The position numbers and the translations under genes are program-made. A stretch of DNA of 64,000 nucleotides, taken from positions 4,521-68,520 of the forward strand of contig JASMJM010000173.1 in the NCBI GenBank assembly GCA_030749725.1, read 5' to 3'. Source of the stretch: Pseudomonadales bacterium. Its GTDB lineage: Bacteria > Pseudomonadota > Gammaproteobacteria > Pseudomonadales > Azotimanducaceae. Under the pieces are notes generated by a model that did no database searches, was not told where the DNA came from, and was given only the letters and a program-made list of their open reading frames with translations. Below are positions 46,417 through 55,367 of this stretch, piece by piece. Position 1 is the stretch's first letter; every line of letters begins with the position of its first letter.

Positions 46417-47280
46417 TCACTTCAGAACAAGCACGTCGCTGTTGACGTGATGCAGGATGGCTTCTGACGTGTTTCCCAAGACTAATCCACTCGGTCCGTG
46501 GCGCTGTGACGTTCCCATGATCAGAATCTCGGCGTCCTTGTCGTCAACCAGCCTTTCGAGGGCGACGTGGGGCGTACCTTCTGCGGCATATATCTGCTCC
46601 GGTTCGATTCCGGTCTTACGCGCCAGATCACTCAGTTTGTTGGTGATCTCGTCACCAACCGTTTGTCGCATCTGAACGGTGAATTGGCTGATCCCGGGGA
46701 ATGCGTTGACCAGATACAATTGTCCATCCAGTGTTCTGCGCATCTGATCCGCAGCGCGCAGTATTCGTTCGCTCAATTCCTCCTGGTCGGGGTCTGCAAT
46801 ATCGATGGCGGCAACGACCAGTGGCTGACTCTTCCACGTCAACGGTTTTACCAACATAACGGGCACGTCTGTATGGCGAAGCAGGTGCCAATCCTGCGGT
46901 GTGCGGATGACCTCCGGCACCGGATGATTGGTCGATTTCTCGATTAGATCCGCCGCCAGTTCCGTGGCTGCATCGATGATGCCCTGGAATTCATGCTTGC
47001 GCCACAGTACCGCTGAATCCACTTCCAGGCTTGTCGATTCCAGGATGGGTGAGAGCAGCAGCTCAAGCATGGTTTCTTCAGTGGTGATGAGGCGCTTCTT
47101 GAGCACCTCATTGCGCTCAAAGTCATCCGTCGTAGAGGGGTGAAGGGCCTCGTAGATCACTTTGATGGCACGTATACCGGCACCGCTCGCCTTGGCAATC
47201 TGCTCTGCCTTTTGCAGCACGATTTCACCATCGTCCGTGTGATTAACGACTGCCAGTATGTGTTTTATGTCGTTTAGCAT
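46417..47280 (-). CDS. universal stress protein, tandem Usp domains (UspE-like)
   Basis: Start at MLNDIKHILAVV after AGGAGCC. Second domain ends ...ILIMGTSQRHGPSGLVLGNTSEAILHHVNSDVLVLK (the G-x2-G-x9-G(S/T) Usp motif). Confidence 0.75.
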   Translation of the reverse strand: MLNDIKHILAVVNHTDDGEIVLQKAEQIAKASGAGIRAIKVIYEALHPSTTDDFERNEVLKKRLITTEETMLELLLSPILESTSLEVDSAVLWRKHEFQGIIDAATELAADLIEKSTNHPVPEVIRTPQDWHLLRHTDVPVMLVKPLTWKSQPLVVAAIDIADPDQEELSERILRAADQMRRTLDGQLYLVNAFPGISQFTVQMRQTVGDEITNKLSDLARKTGIEPEQIYAAEGTPHVALERLVDDKDAEILIMGTSQRHGPSGLVLGNTSEAILHHVNSDVLVLK

Positions 47281-47480
47281 GATATTGGCTCCTTGACAGA
47301 AAAGTAGTGTGCAGCCACCGATCTTCATCGTAGATCGGAATGAGGGGCAACGTCTACCAGAACTTCCGCAAGAAATGCAACGACTCCTTTCTTGGTAGTT
47401 TGCCACCTCCTGTTCTGCTTACTTGCCAAACTGCACGAAACGTGGAGAATTCTACTTATCCTGACAAAAGAGGAACTGCA

Positions 47481-48536
47481 ATGAACAATAAATCCCTGTT
47501 TTTGGTGGCGGTTACCGGGTTGCTCCTATCCTTGTTGACCCATGCCGATATTCAGCGCGCAGCAGATGGTAAGCCGGATCTGACCGGTACCTATGACACT
47601 GCCACGGTGACCCCAGTGCAACGCCCACCGGCACTCGGAAACACCCTGACGCTGTCGGAGGAGCGAGGTCGACAGATTGCCGCCCAAGTGGCTGCCGTAA
47701 AAGCAGCAGGCGTTCGGAGCAGCGACCCGAAGCGGGATGCACCACCGGTGGGCGGGGACGGTTCCACCGGCCCTTCGGGTAACGTCGGTGGTTACAACTT
47801 GTTCTGGGTGGATTTCGGTGACACGGCGATCAAGATTAACGGCGAGTACCGGACCTCAATCATCATCGACCCACCGAATGGTCGATATCCTGCTATGACG
47901 CCGGTGGCCCAGATGAAGATGTCTAAGCTGTTCGGACAGGTCCTTTATAAGAACGAAGGTGATGCCTGGTGGCTCAAAGAGAAGGGACCAGGCCCCTACG
48001 ACGGCCCCGAGAATCTGACACTGAGCGATCGATGCCTGCTGGGGTTTGGGTCCACCGGAGGGCCGCCCATGCTACCCACCTTGTACAACAACATGAAGAG
48101 AATCGTACAGACCCCCGATCACGTGATGATCCTGGTTGAAATGGTGCACGATGCGCGCATCGTCCGGCTGAACAGCGAACACGTCGATCCGTCAGTGCGC
48201 AAATGGCTGGGTGATTCCATCGGCTGGTGGGAAGGCGACACGCTGGTGGTGGATACCACCAATTTCACCAACCAACCATCGCTATACGGAGCCAGTGGGG
48301 ATCTGCACGTCGTTGAGCGATTCAAGCGTACCGACAAGGACAGCCTGCTTTACAGTTTCACTGTGGACGACCCGAAGTCCTGGTTGGCGCCCTGGAGTGG
48401 TGAGTACCCATGGCCGGCAACGAAGACCAGCGTGTATGAGTACGCCTGCCACGAAGGGAATTATGCCATGGGAAACATCTTGCGAGGTGCACGACTGCTT
48501 GAAGGCGAGGCCATCGCCGGGGATGCACGTAACTAG
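47481..48536 (+). CDS. hypothetical exported protein
   Basis: Start chosen at MNNKSLFLVAVTGLLLSLLTHA (signal peptide). No family recognised. Confidence 0.55.
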   Translation: MNNKSLFLVAVTGLLLSLLTHADIQRAADGKPDLTGTYDTATVTPVQRPPALGNTLTLSEERGRQIAAQVAAVKAAGVRSSDPKRDAPPVGGDGSTGPSGNVGGYNLFWVDFGDTAIKINGEYRTSIIIDPPNGRYPAMTPVAQMKMSKLFGQVLYKNEGDAWWLKEKGPGPYDGPENLTLSDRCLLGFGSTGGPPMLPTLYNNMKRIVQTPDHVMILVEMVHDARIVRLNSEHVDPSVRKWLGDSIGWWEGDTLVVDTTNFTNQPSLYGASGDLHVVERFKRTDKDSLLYSFTVDDPKSWLAPWSGEYPWPATKTSVYEYACHEGNYAMGNILRGARLLEGEAIAGDARN

Positions 48537-48651
48537 TCTGGCAACGGGGAAACCAAGCGCCTGGTGTAGATTGATCGGCTGCGCTGGCAGTTGAGTATCC
48601 AGCCGTCGGTGGTACCGCCACGGACTGTTCCTGCCCTTGACCAGTCCATGC

Positions 48652-50529
48652 TTACCTTCCGGTTTCTACCGATGTGACCCAGTCTTTTACTCTGTGTTCG
48701 AGAATAGGTAACGGCAACGCTCCGCCACCCAGGATTGTGTCGTGAAAGAGACGAATATCGAACTTGTCGCCCAGTGCATTCTCTGCAAACTGACGTAGTT
48801 CCAGTATTTTCAGCATGCCAATCTTGTAGGCGGTCGCCTGTCCTGGCCACACCATATAGCGACGGACTTCTGACCTGGCAGTTGCATCAGCAATGGGTGT
48901 TTTTTTCTTAAAATAGGTGATGGCCTGTTCTTCCGACCAGCCCTTTGCATGTATTCCTGTATCCACCACCAGTCGCACTGCACGCCACATTTCACCACTG
49001 AGGCGGCCAAGGTCCGAGTAGCTATCCTGATAGGCACCCATTTCCTTAGCTAACAGTTCTGCATACAGGCCCCATCCTTCGGAATAAGCCGCGAATCCTG
49101 CCTGGGTTCGAAATAACGGTATGGTGGTAAGTTCTTGCGCGATGGATATCTGCATGTGGTGACCGGGCAGGCCTTCGTGAACTGCAACAGCTTCCATCTC
49201 GTATCTCGGCATAGCTTTCATGTCCGATAGATGAGCGTAATACACGCCGGGACGGGAGCCATCTGGTGTACCGGGAAAATAGTGTGCAGCAGCGCCATCC
49301 TGTTCTCGGAATGATTCCACCCGTTTAACGACTAGGTCCGCCTTCGGTAGAATACCGAAGTAATTCCCTAGCTGCTGTTTGATGAAAACATAGTAACTTT
49401 CCGTATCCGTGATATAGCCCTGACGACCTTCATCCGTATCGGGGTAGTAGAACTGGCCATTCGTTACCAGATAGCTGAAGAACGCCTGCAAGTCTCCCTC
49501 AAAACCGACTTTTGACTTGATGGCTAACATCTCACCCGTGATCCGCTCAACTTCACGCAAACCTATGTCATGTATTTGGTCTGCAGTTAAATCCGTTGTT
49601 GTTCTCGCTTTGAGACTGTACTCATAAAAAGCCTTGCCGTTGGGCAGATGGCCAACGCCACGAGCGATGTCGTCGGTATTCTCAATGTCAGCTTTGAACC
49701 AGCTGATCAAGGCTGCATAGCTCGGCTTAAAATGAGACAGGAGTGCTTGTCTTGTTCCCTCTCTTAACGCATCAGCCGTTGCTTCATCGATTTTGCCTTC
49801 CTCTGCGAGGGCGGAGATCTTCCTCTGAGCATCTGCCCATAGGGGGGCTGCCTCGTTGTCGTCCGTAAAAGGCGCGCCCCTGACCAGATTCGTTGCTTGC
49901 TCGACAACACCCTCATAGGCAAACCGCGGCGGGCGCACTCCTTCATTGGCGTGGATTTTCGCTCTTGCCAGCAGATCTGAAATGCCTTTGGCTACGCCGG
50001 CAATACGCTTGTTGTAAGCTACCATATCGCTCTCGTTATCGACCTTGTGATAGTTGATCATGAACTGTGCAAGCAATGCTTGCGCGCCTTGCATTTGTAC
50101 AAAAATGTAGTCACTACGCATAAACTCTTGGGCCGCTGCCGCTTGTTCGTATTGATAGACCCACAGGTCATAGGATGTTCTGGCTTCCGGTTCGAGCTTG
50201 TCGTAATCAAACTGGGACTGCAACTCTGTAACGGTTGCAGCACGCCATGCAAGTTGGCGTTTCTCCTCGGCTTCAGTAAATTCGTTGAATTGATCGTACC
50301 TGTCCTTACGACCCAGAATCGTCAGCGCTAGTGGGCTCATCTGTAACTGCTCTTCAAATCTTGCCGAGAACCACTCGTTGAGTCGTTCAGTTTCAGATGT
50401 CTGTGTGACTTGAGAACGATCGGATTCAGACGTGCTCTTGAGAGTTTGGTTGAGATCATCGTTGGGTTGACAGGCGGCCAACAACCCGATAATGCCAAGG
50501 AGCTTTACGAAGTTGCGCATGGGATACAT
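48652..50529 (-). CDS. DUF885 family lipoprotein (metallopeptidase-like)
   Basis: Lipobox LLAAC near the N-terminus. HEGLPGHHMQ motif typical of DUF885. Confidence 0.7.
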   Translation of the reverse strand: MYPMRNFVKLLGIIGLLAACQPNDDLNQTLKSTSESDRSQVTQTSETERLNEWFSARFEEQLQMSPLALTILGRKDRYDQFNEFTEAEEKRQLAWRAATVTELQSQFDYDKLEPEARTSYDLWVYQYEQAAAAQEFMRSDYIFVQMQGAQALLAQFMINYHKVDNESDMVAYNKRIAGVAKGISDLLARAKIHANEGVRPPRFAYEGVVEQATNLVRGAPFTDDNEAAPLWADAQRKISALAEEGKIDEATADALREGTRQALLSHFKPSYAALISWFKADIENTDDIARGVGHLPNGKAFYEYSLKARTTTDLTADQIHDIGLREVERITGEMLAIKSKVGFEGDLQAFFSYLVTNGQFYYPDTDEGRQGYITDTESYYVFIKQQLGNYFGILPKADLVVKRVESFREQDGAAAHYFPGTPDGSRPGVYYAHLSDMKAMPRYEMEAVAVHEGLPGHHMQISIAQELTTIPLFRTQAGFAAYSEGWGLYAELLAKEMGAYQDSYSDLGRLSGEMWRAVRLVVDTGIHAKGWSEEQAITYFKKKTPIADATARSEVRRYMVWPGQATAYKIGMLKILELRQFAENALGDKFDIRLFHDTILGGGALPLPILEHRVKDWVTSVETGR

Positions 50530-50791
50530 TCCTAGCTTCTTTGCCTGGTGACTGAAGATATCCGGGCTAGTTTACGCTATCATCCCCGCCGCCGACCAAT
50601 CTCAAATCCCTGTCGATGGTTCACCGTCCGTATCTTCATCAACTTTGACTCGCTGTGAGAAACATGTTCTATTTTAGTTATCCTCAATGCGATCTGTTCG
50701 TGTTTTAGCAGCGTGATCACTGAATTCATCATATGAGTTGTAGGGACACAGCGAGGAGAGATTACTCACCAATTGATAGGAGTGAATTAGC

Positions 50792-51739
50792 ATGCGTATC
50801 GGTTTGATGATCGAAGGCCAGGCAGGGCTTACCTGGGAGAGGTGGCGACGGATCTTGAGAACAGCGGAGGCGCTCGGAATTCCATCTGTATTTCGATCCG
50901 ACCACTACCATACCGGTCGTCAGACCAATGCACTGGAAGCCTATCTGTCCTTCGTTATGGCAGCCGAGGAAACAAACAACCTCCGCTTTGGCTCACTGGT
51001 AACTCCCATGACCTTTCGATCTCCCGTTGATGTCGGCCGCATGGCGGCACAGATCAGCCAGTTGAGTCGCGGCCGTTTTGTGCTGGGGCTTGGTGCCGGC
51101 GACATCCCCGCTGAGCACGAAACCTATGGCATCAACTTCCCGTCGGTGGGAGAACGCATCGATCGTTTGGAGGAGGGAATCGAGGTCATCAGGACTCTGT
51201 GGGGCCCAGGTCCTGCATCCCACGAAGGGAAATACTACAAGCTGCACGAAGTCGACTGCCTGCCGAAGCCCACGGAAGGCATTGATTCCCCGATGCTCAT
51301 CGGCGGTAACGGCGAGAAGCGCATGCTGCCTATGGCCGTTAAGTACGGATCAGAATGGAACTGTATGCCGCTGCCCATAGACGTTTACAAAAGGAAGGCA
51401 CAGGTGGTGAATCGATTGTGCGAAGAATCCGGCCGGGATCCCCAAGGTCTGCAGCGCTCCATGATGTCCTTTGGCCTGGTTGCCCATAACCCGCATATGC
51501 TGGATCGCATCACCAGACGTCAGATGCGGGCCTATGGTGCGACCGGTTCTCCTGCAGCCTTTCGTGAGAAGTTCTCCAGCAGGGGGCACTTCATCTGCGG
51601 ATTGACCAACGAGGTCGCGGATCTTCTTCATCAATATGCGGAGGCCGGCCTGGACGAAATAGAATTCGAACAGTTCAATTTTGACTCCGATGAGATACCG
51701 GCCTATCTGGCACAGGAACTTGCGCCACTGGTAGTCTAG
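50792..51739 (+). CDS. LLM-class (luciferase-like) flavin/F420-dependent oxidoreductase
   Basis: MRIGLMIEGQ... N-terminus, SVFRSDHY, and LGLGAG motif region typical of luciferase-like monooxygenases. Confidence 0.7.
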   Translation: MRIGLMIEGQAGLTWERWRRILRTAEALGIPSVFRSDHYHTGRQTNALEAYLSFVMAAEETNNLRFGSLVTPMTFRSPVDVGRMAAQISQLSRGRFVLGLGAGDIPAEHETYGINFPSVGERIDRLEEGIEVIRTLWGPGPASHEGKYYKLHEVDCLPKPTEGIDSPMLIGGNGEKRMLPMAVKYGSEWNCMPLPIDVYKRKAQVVNRLCEESGRDPQGLQRSMMSFGLVAHNPHMLDRITRRQMRAYGATGSPAAFREKFSSRGHFICGLTNEVADLLHQYAEAGLDEIEFEQFNFDSDEIPAYLAQELAPLVV

Positions 51740-51913
51740 TGTACTGTCCCACAATTACGTGGCCTTATTCGCTGGCCTATTTTGCCCCTGGACTTCGACT
51801 GGGCGTCCCCGTTGTTCGTCCTTATGGGTGCCCAACCCACGGCGTCCTCGCGCCTTGCCAGGAACAAAATATGCCGACCGAATAACGACCACTTAATTGC
51901 GGGACAGTACACT
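51738..51913. repeat. 176-bp imperfect palindrome (long hairpin or MITE-like element)
   Basis: Left arm agtgtactgtcccacaatta (51738-51757) pairs with the right arm taattgcgggacagtacact (51894-51913), 19/20. Complementarity continues inward for about 53 nt per arm with a few mismatches and 1-nt indels. The element fills the gap between convergent genes. Confidence 0.85.
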
Positions 51914-51951
51914 CGCGGAAATCGATCAGTCCGAGCGCTCCGGAACTAACG

Positions 51952-52383
51952 CTACTCCTTGTCTTTCGGCTCATCCTTCTCGTCAGACGCTTTCGGGGGC
52001 GCGACCTCTTCCTCTCGTTGGTCGTCTGACTGCCCGTCCGTCCCGTCGACGGGTTCGTCTGGCTCTGCGTCAACCACACCAACCTGCTCTTCCACGAAAC
52101 CGGGTCGCTCGTTGGGCCAGGGCCCCAAGGGGAACGGACGTACCTCGGTGCTGAACGAGACATATAGCAATATCTCATAAAGATACGCGCACAGGTTCTC
52201 ACTGAAGTCCAGTAACGGGTCGCTTGGTTTGCCCACGAACAACGTGTGGCCAAACTGGAACGGTACGATCAAAAACCAGACACCGATGGCAACGGTGTAA
52301 ATAATCACGAACAAACACATGAATACTCCGCGCACCCATGTGTCCGTAGCGGTCAAGTTTTTCCTAATCTCTTCGTCCATCAT
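51952..52383 (-). CDS. small membrane protein (DUF4389-like) with acidic C-terminal tail
   Basis: Start at MMDEEIRKN after GGAGG. Two hydrophobic segments, then a D/E/P-rich tail. Family assignment is tentative. Confidence 0.45.
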   Translation of the reverse strand: MMDEEIRKNLTATDTWVRGVFMCLFVIIYTVAIGVWFLIVPFQFGHTLFVGKPSDPLLDFSENLCAYLYEILLYVSFSTEVRPFPLGPWPNERPGFVEEQVGVVDAEPDEPVDGTDGQSDDQREEEVAPPKASDEKDEPKDKE

Positions 52384-52569
52384 CCACCTCCAAATGCTCT
52401 GGCTACGTTCGACTCCATTCACTGGTGAGCAACTTCGATGCCATTTTCCACATTCCTATACAAAACAACCACTTAGCATGACGGCATTGGCAGATTCACG
52501 TTGTTTTCGCCAGATTGTGGCGAGCCAGACGATGTTGCCCTGCTCCAAGCCACCTCGACTTAGGCACGA

Positions 52570-53583
52570 CTATACGCCCTGACCCGTCCGCAGAGAATTG
52601 GCCAGGTCTGCGACCATCTTAATTGCTGCCGCTTCGCGCTCTGCAGTTGCTCCCAATAACTTCACTTTTTCACCGCTATCCATCTCCCTGCTACTTGCTG
52701 TCTGCAGGTCCGTGGCGATTTCTGCGTAGGCCTTCTCCAGTTGAGATGCCTGGCGGGAGACACGGCTGTATTCTTTTCCAATCTCGGCAAAATATCCCGA
52801 TGCCATCGTTCTGCATTCACTCCATACCGTTCCATTCCACCAATTGCCGTGACTGGCACCGTAGTCGGCAGCGGCATCGATCCATTGTGCATACGCATCG
52901 GGACCGACGCCATATTGCTGGTGGCTGTGGGTAGAGGGATTCTCGTGGAGATCGACCGCGTAGGCCAGGCTGTCGAGAGTCGTGGTCAGGCGGTCGCTCG
53001 GCGTCACTTTCTCGAGAATGTAGAAGTTGACGTGGAACTGGTCGCCCAACTCCTGCCATGATCCAAAGCTTAGCCTTGCAGGTGGAAAGTTCCTCTCCCA
53101 GGGCTGGTCGGTAAAGAAACCCGTGTTGTCATAGCCGGTAATCAGCTGATTTTCGAGATTGATCAGGAAACAGGGGAACCCCTTGTCAAGGGCATCACGC
53201 AGCTTGCCCTCGACGCCTGGTCTGTCCTTCTCGCTGCTCTGTGGGGAGTAGAAACCAAGGTCTGTCATTCGCAAGCCGATGTTTTCTACCAAAGGGTCGG
53301 CCAGATCGCGTCGCCAAACGTATGGGCCGCTCGGGTCCAACCGCTTGTGGATGTTGATAAGAAACGCGTGGCCGCTAGCGCCGAATATCATCGGTGTGCT
53401 GCTGTTGAATTTGTAGTAGTCCGAAGCACCCTTTAACACACCCATGAAGGTAGTGTTGAGTGGTGGCATTGCGAGGCCCTCAATGTTCACCGGGCCTTTC
53501 TTCGCCGCTACAGTGGAACCTAACGGCAGCCCTCCCAGCAGCGCCGATCCGGCAGCAAGCTTCACTAATTCACGTCTTTTCAT
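52570..53583 (-). CDS. hypothetical protein with Tat-type signal peptide
   Basis: Start chosen at MKRRELVKLAAGSALLGG (twin-arginine motif). No family recognised. Confidence 0.55.
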   Translation of the reverse strand: MKRRELVKLAAGSALLGGLPLGSTVAAKKGPVNIEGLAMPPLNTTFMGVLKGASDYYKFNSSTPMIFGASGHAFLINIHKRLDPSGPYVWRRDLADPLVENIGLRMTDLGFYSPQSSEKDRPGVEGKLRDALDKGFPCFLINLENQLITGYDNTGFFTDQPWERNFPPARLSFGSWQELGDQFHVNFYILEKVTPSDRLTTTLDSLAYAVDLHENPSTHSHQQYGVGPDAYAQWIDAAADYGASHGNWWNGTVWSECRTMASGYFAEIGKEYSRVSRQASQLEKAYAEIATDLQTASSREMDSGEKVKLLGATAEREAAAIKMVADLANSLRTGQGV

Positions 53584-53739
53584 CACCACCTCCGTCAAGC
53601 CTAACATTCTCTTTGAGGCGCGTCATGCGGACACGGGAATGGACGTTACTCCACCCGTCGCCAATGTGCAAGCCGTCTGGAGCAGCGGCTCGCCCGCTGA
53701 CGCTCACAGACGAAATCGCTGCCCTGGACTTGATATATC

Positions 53740-53773
53740 TAGACTATCTATGTATCCTACCCTAGAATATCTA
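53740..53773 (+). promoter_or_regulatory. two TAGA-N3-TCTA inverted repeats, candidate PadR operator
   Basis: TAGACTATCTA (53740-53750) and TAGAATATCTA (53763-53773), 23 nt apart. They lie 37-70 nt upstream of the PadR start. Confidence 0.3.
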
Positions 53774-53809
53774 TGCACGTGGGATAAACTTGGTTATTGG
53801 GGAAAGAAT

Positions 53810-54151
53810 ATGGCTTTAGCTAAAGGTCTTGTTGCAGCATCAGCGACCCCGCTGATCCTCTCTATATTGAGTCATAGAGACAGCTATGGGTACGCCATTA
53901 TAGAAGAGGTGCGAAAGTTGTCCGACGGGGAACTGCAGTGGGCCGATGGCATGCTCTATCCAATCCTACACCGCCTGGAAGACCGACAGCAGATCGAGTC
54001 CTATTGGGGCGCGTCTGAAAATGGCCGTAAGCGCAAATACTATCGTCTGCGTAAATCGGGACTCAAGGAACTCGACGAGCAACGGAACAATTGGAACAAG
54101 CTACATGCCATGTTGATGAATCTGAAGGGAGGCAAAGCATGTTTCAACTAG
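53810..54151 (+). CDS. PadR family transcriptional regulator
   Basis: 113 aa. SYGYAIIEEV...GMLYPILHRLEDRQQIESYW...RKRKYYRLRKSG is the classic PadR winged-helix pattern. Confidence 0.85.
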   Translation: MALAKGLVAASATPLILSILSHRDSYGYAIIEEVRKLSDGELQWADGMLYPILHRLEDRQQIESYWGASENGRKRKYYRLRKSGLKELDEQRNNWNKLHAMLMNLKGGKACFN

Positions 54152-55317
54152 AATCGGCAATTCGCGATTGGTGTGATGCCATACGAGACAGCGGCTGTGA
54201 GGATGAAGCGAGTATCGAGGAGCTTCGAGATCATCTTTGCTGTGAGATCGAGCAACTCCAGGAACGGGGTCTTAGCGAAGAGAAGGCCTTCAGGTCAGCA
54301 GTGGCCAAACTCGGTCCGGTAGAAGACTTAGCGGCGGAATTGCATAAGCTCATGGGATACATCACGGATCATCCATGGGCTTCTAACGAGGAGACTAGTA
54401 TGGCATCCAAAATCACACACGGCGAGATCACCTTGTTTACGCGCCAAGTGTCGACGATGATGAAGGCGGGCGTTCCGGTTGTACAATCGCTGATAATTGT
54501 CGCCGACGGTACCGACAACCCAACGATGAAGGATTTGATTCTCCAAGTCAGGGACGACGTATCCGGTGGTCAATCGTTGACCGACGCCCTGAGGGGGCAC
54601 CCGGATCAATTTGACGATCTGTATTGCGATCTGGTGAATAAGGGTGAGCAATCCGGTTACCTTGAGGTGATGCTGGACCGCATAGCGATCTACAAGGAAA
54701 AAACCGAAGGGCTCAAGGCCAAGATCACACGTGCATTGAATTTTATGATCACCGTGCCGGCTGTGATATCAGGCATCCTGCTGCTCACGCTGGCACCCCG
54801 CTTCGGAATCGGGCTGCTGCTCGCTATCGCGGCATTCTATCTTGCCTGCAGGCAGGTGCTCAGACAATCCCAGAAGGTTCGCGACCGGCAGCAGCGCCTG
54901 GCATTGAGACTGCCGATATTGGGGGACCTCTTCGGCAAGTCCTGCATTGCGCGATACTCCCGTACACTGTCGATAACCTTTGCTGCCGGCGTGCCTTTGG
55001 TTGATGCCCTTGAATCGGTCTCAGGTGCTGCTGGTAACGTCGTCTACTGCGATGCCATCGAGCAAATCAAGAAGGATGTATCAGACGGCATGAGGCTAAC
55101 CGCATCGATGAAACAGACGGCTGTCTTCCCCAATATGGTGATTAATATGGTCGCCGTCGGTGAGGAATCGGGCGCGCTTGACGCGATGTTTGATAAGGCT
55201 GCCACATACTACGAAGAAGTGGTCGATAACTCGCTCGCTGGACTGAACGCCCTGGTTAACCCAATTATCATGTCCTGCATGGGCGCGGCGATCATCGCCA
55301 TGTATCTAACCTCCTAA
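54139..55317 (+). CDS. chimeric membrane protein: PadR-partner N-terminal helical domain fused to a PilC/GspF-like (T2SS-F) platform protein
   Basis: The start overlaps the padR end by 13 nt. Residues 1-75 (ESAIRDWCDAI...IEELRDHLCCEIEQLQERGLSEEKAFRSAVAKLG) resemble the helical domain usually encoded next to PadR. The rest has two T2SS-F repeats: LFTRQVSTMMKAGVPVVQS...GEQSGYLEVMLDRIAIYKEK, and IARYSRTLSITFAAGVPLVDALESVSGAAGN...VGEESGALDAMF. Confidence 0.7.
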   Translation: MFQLESAIRDWCDAIRDSGCEDEASIEELRDHLCCEIEQLQERGLSEEKAFRSAVAKLGPVEDLAAELHKLMGYITDHPWASNEETSMASKITHGEITLFTRQVSTMMKAGVPVVQSLIIVADGTDNPTMKDLILQVRDDVSGGQSLTDALRGHPDQFDDLYCDLVNKGEQSGYLEVMLDRIAIYKEKTEGLKAKITRALNFMITVPAVISGILLLTLAPRFGIGLLLAIAAFYLACRQVLRQSQKVRDRQQRLALRLPILGDLFGKSCIARYSRTLSITFAAGVPLVDALESVSGAAGNVVYCDAIEQIKKDVSDGMRLTASMKQTAVFPNMVINMVAVGEESGALDAMFDKAATYYEEVVDNSLAGLNALVNPIIMSCMGAAIIAMYLTS

Positions 55318-55367
55318 CCGGGGCCGCCGCTGCAGCCGGCTGTCAGGTTCGTGAGCGGCTCATTGCG

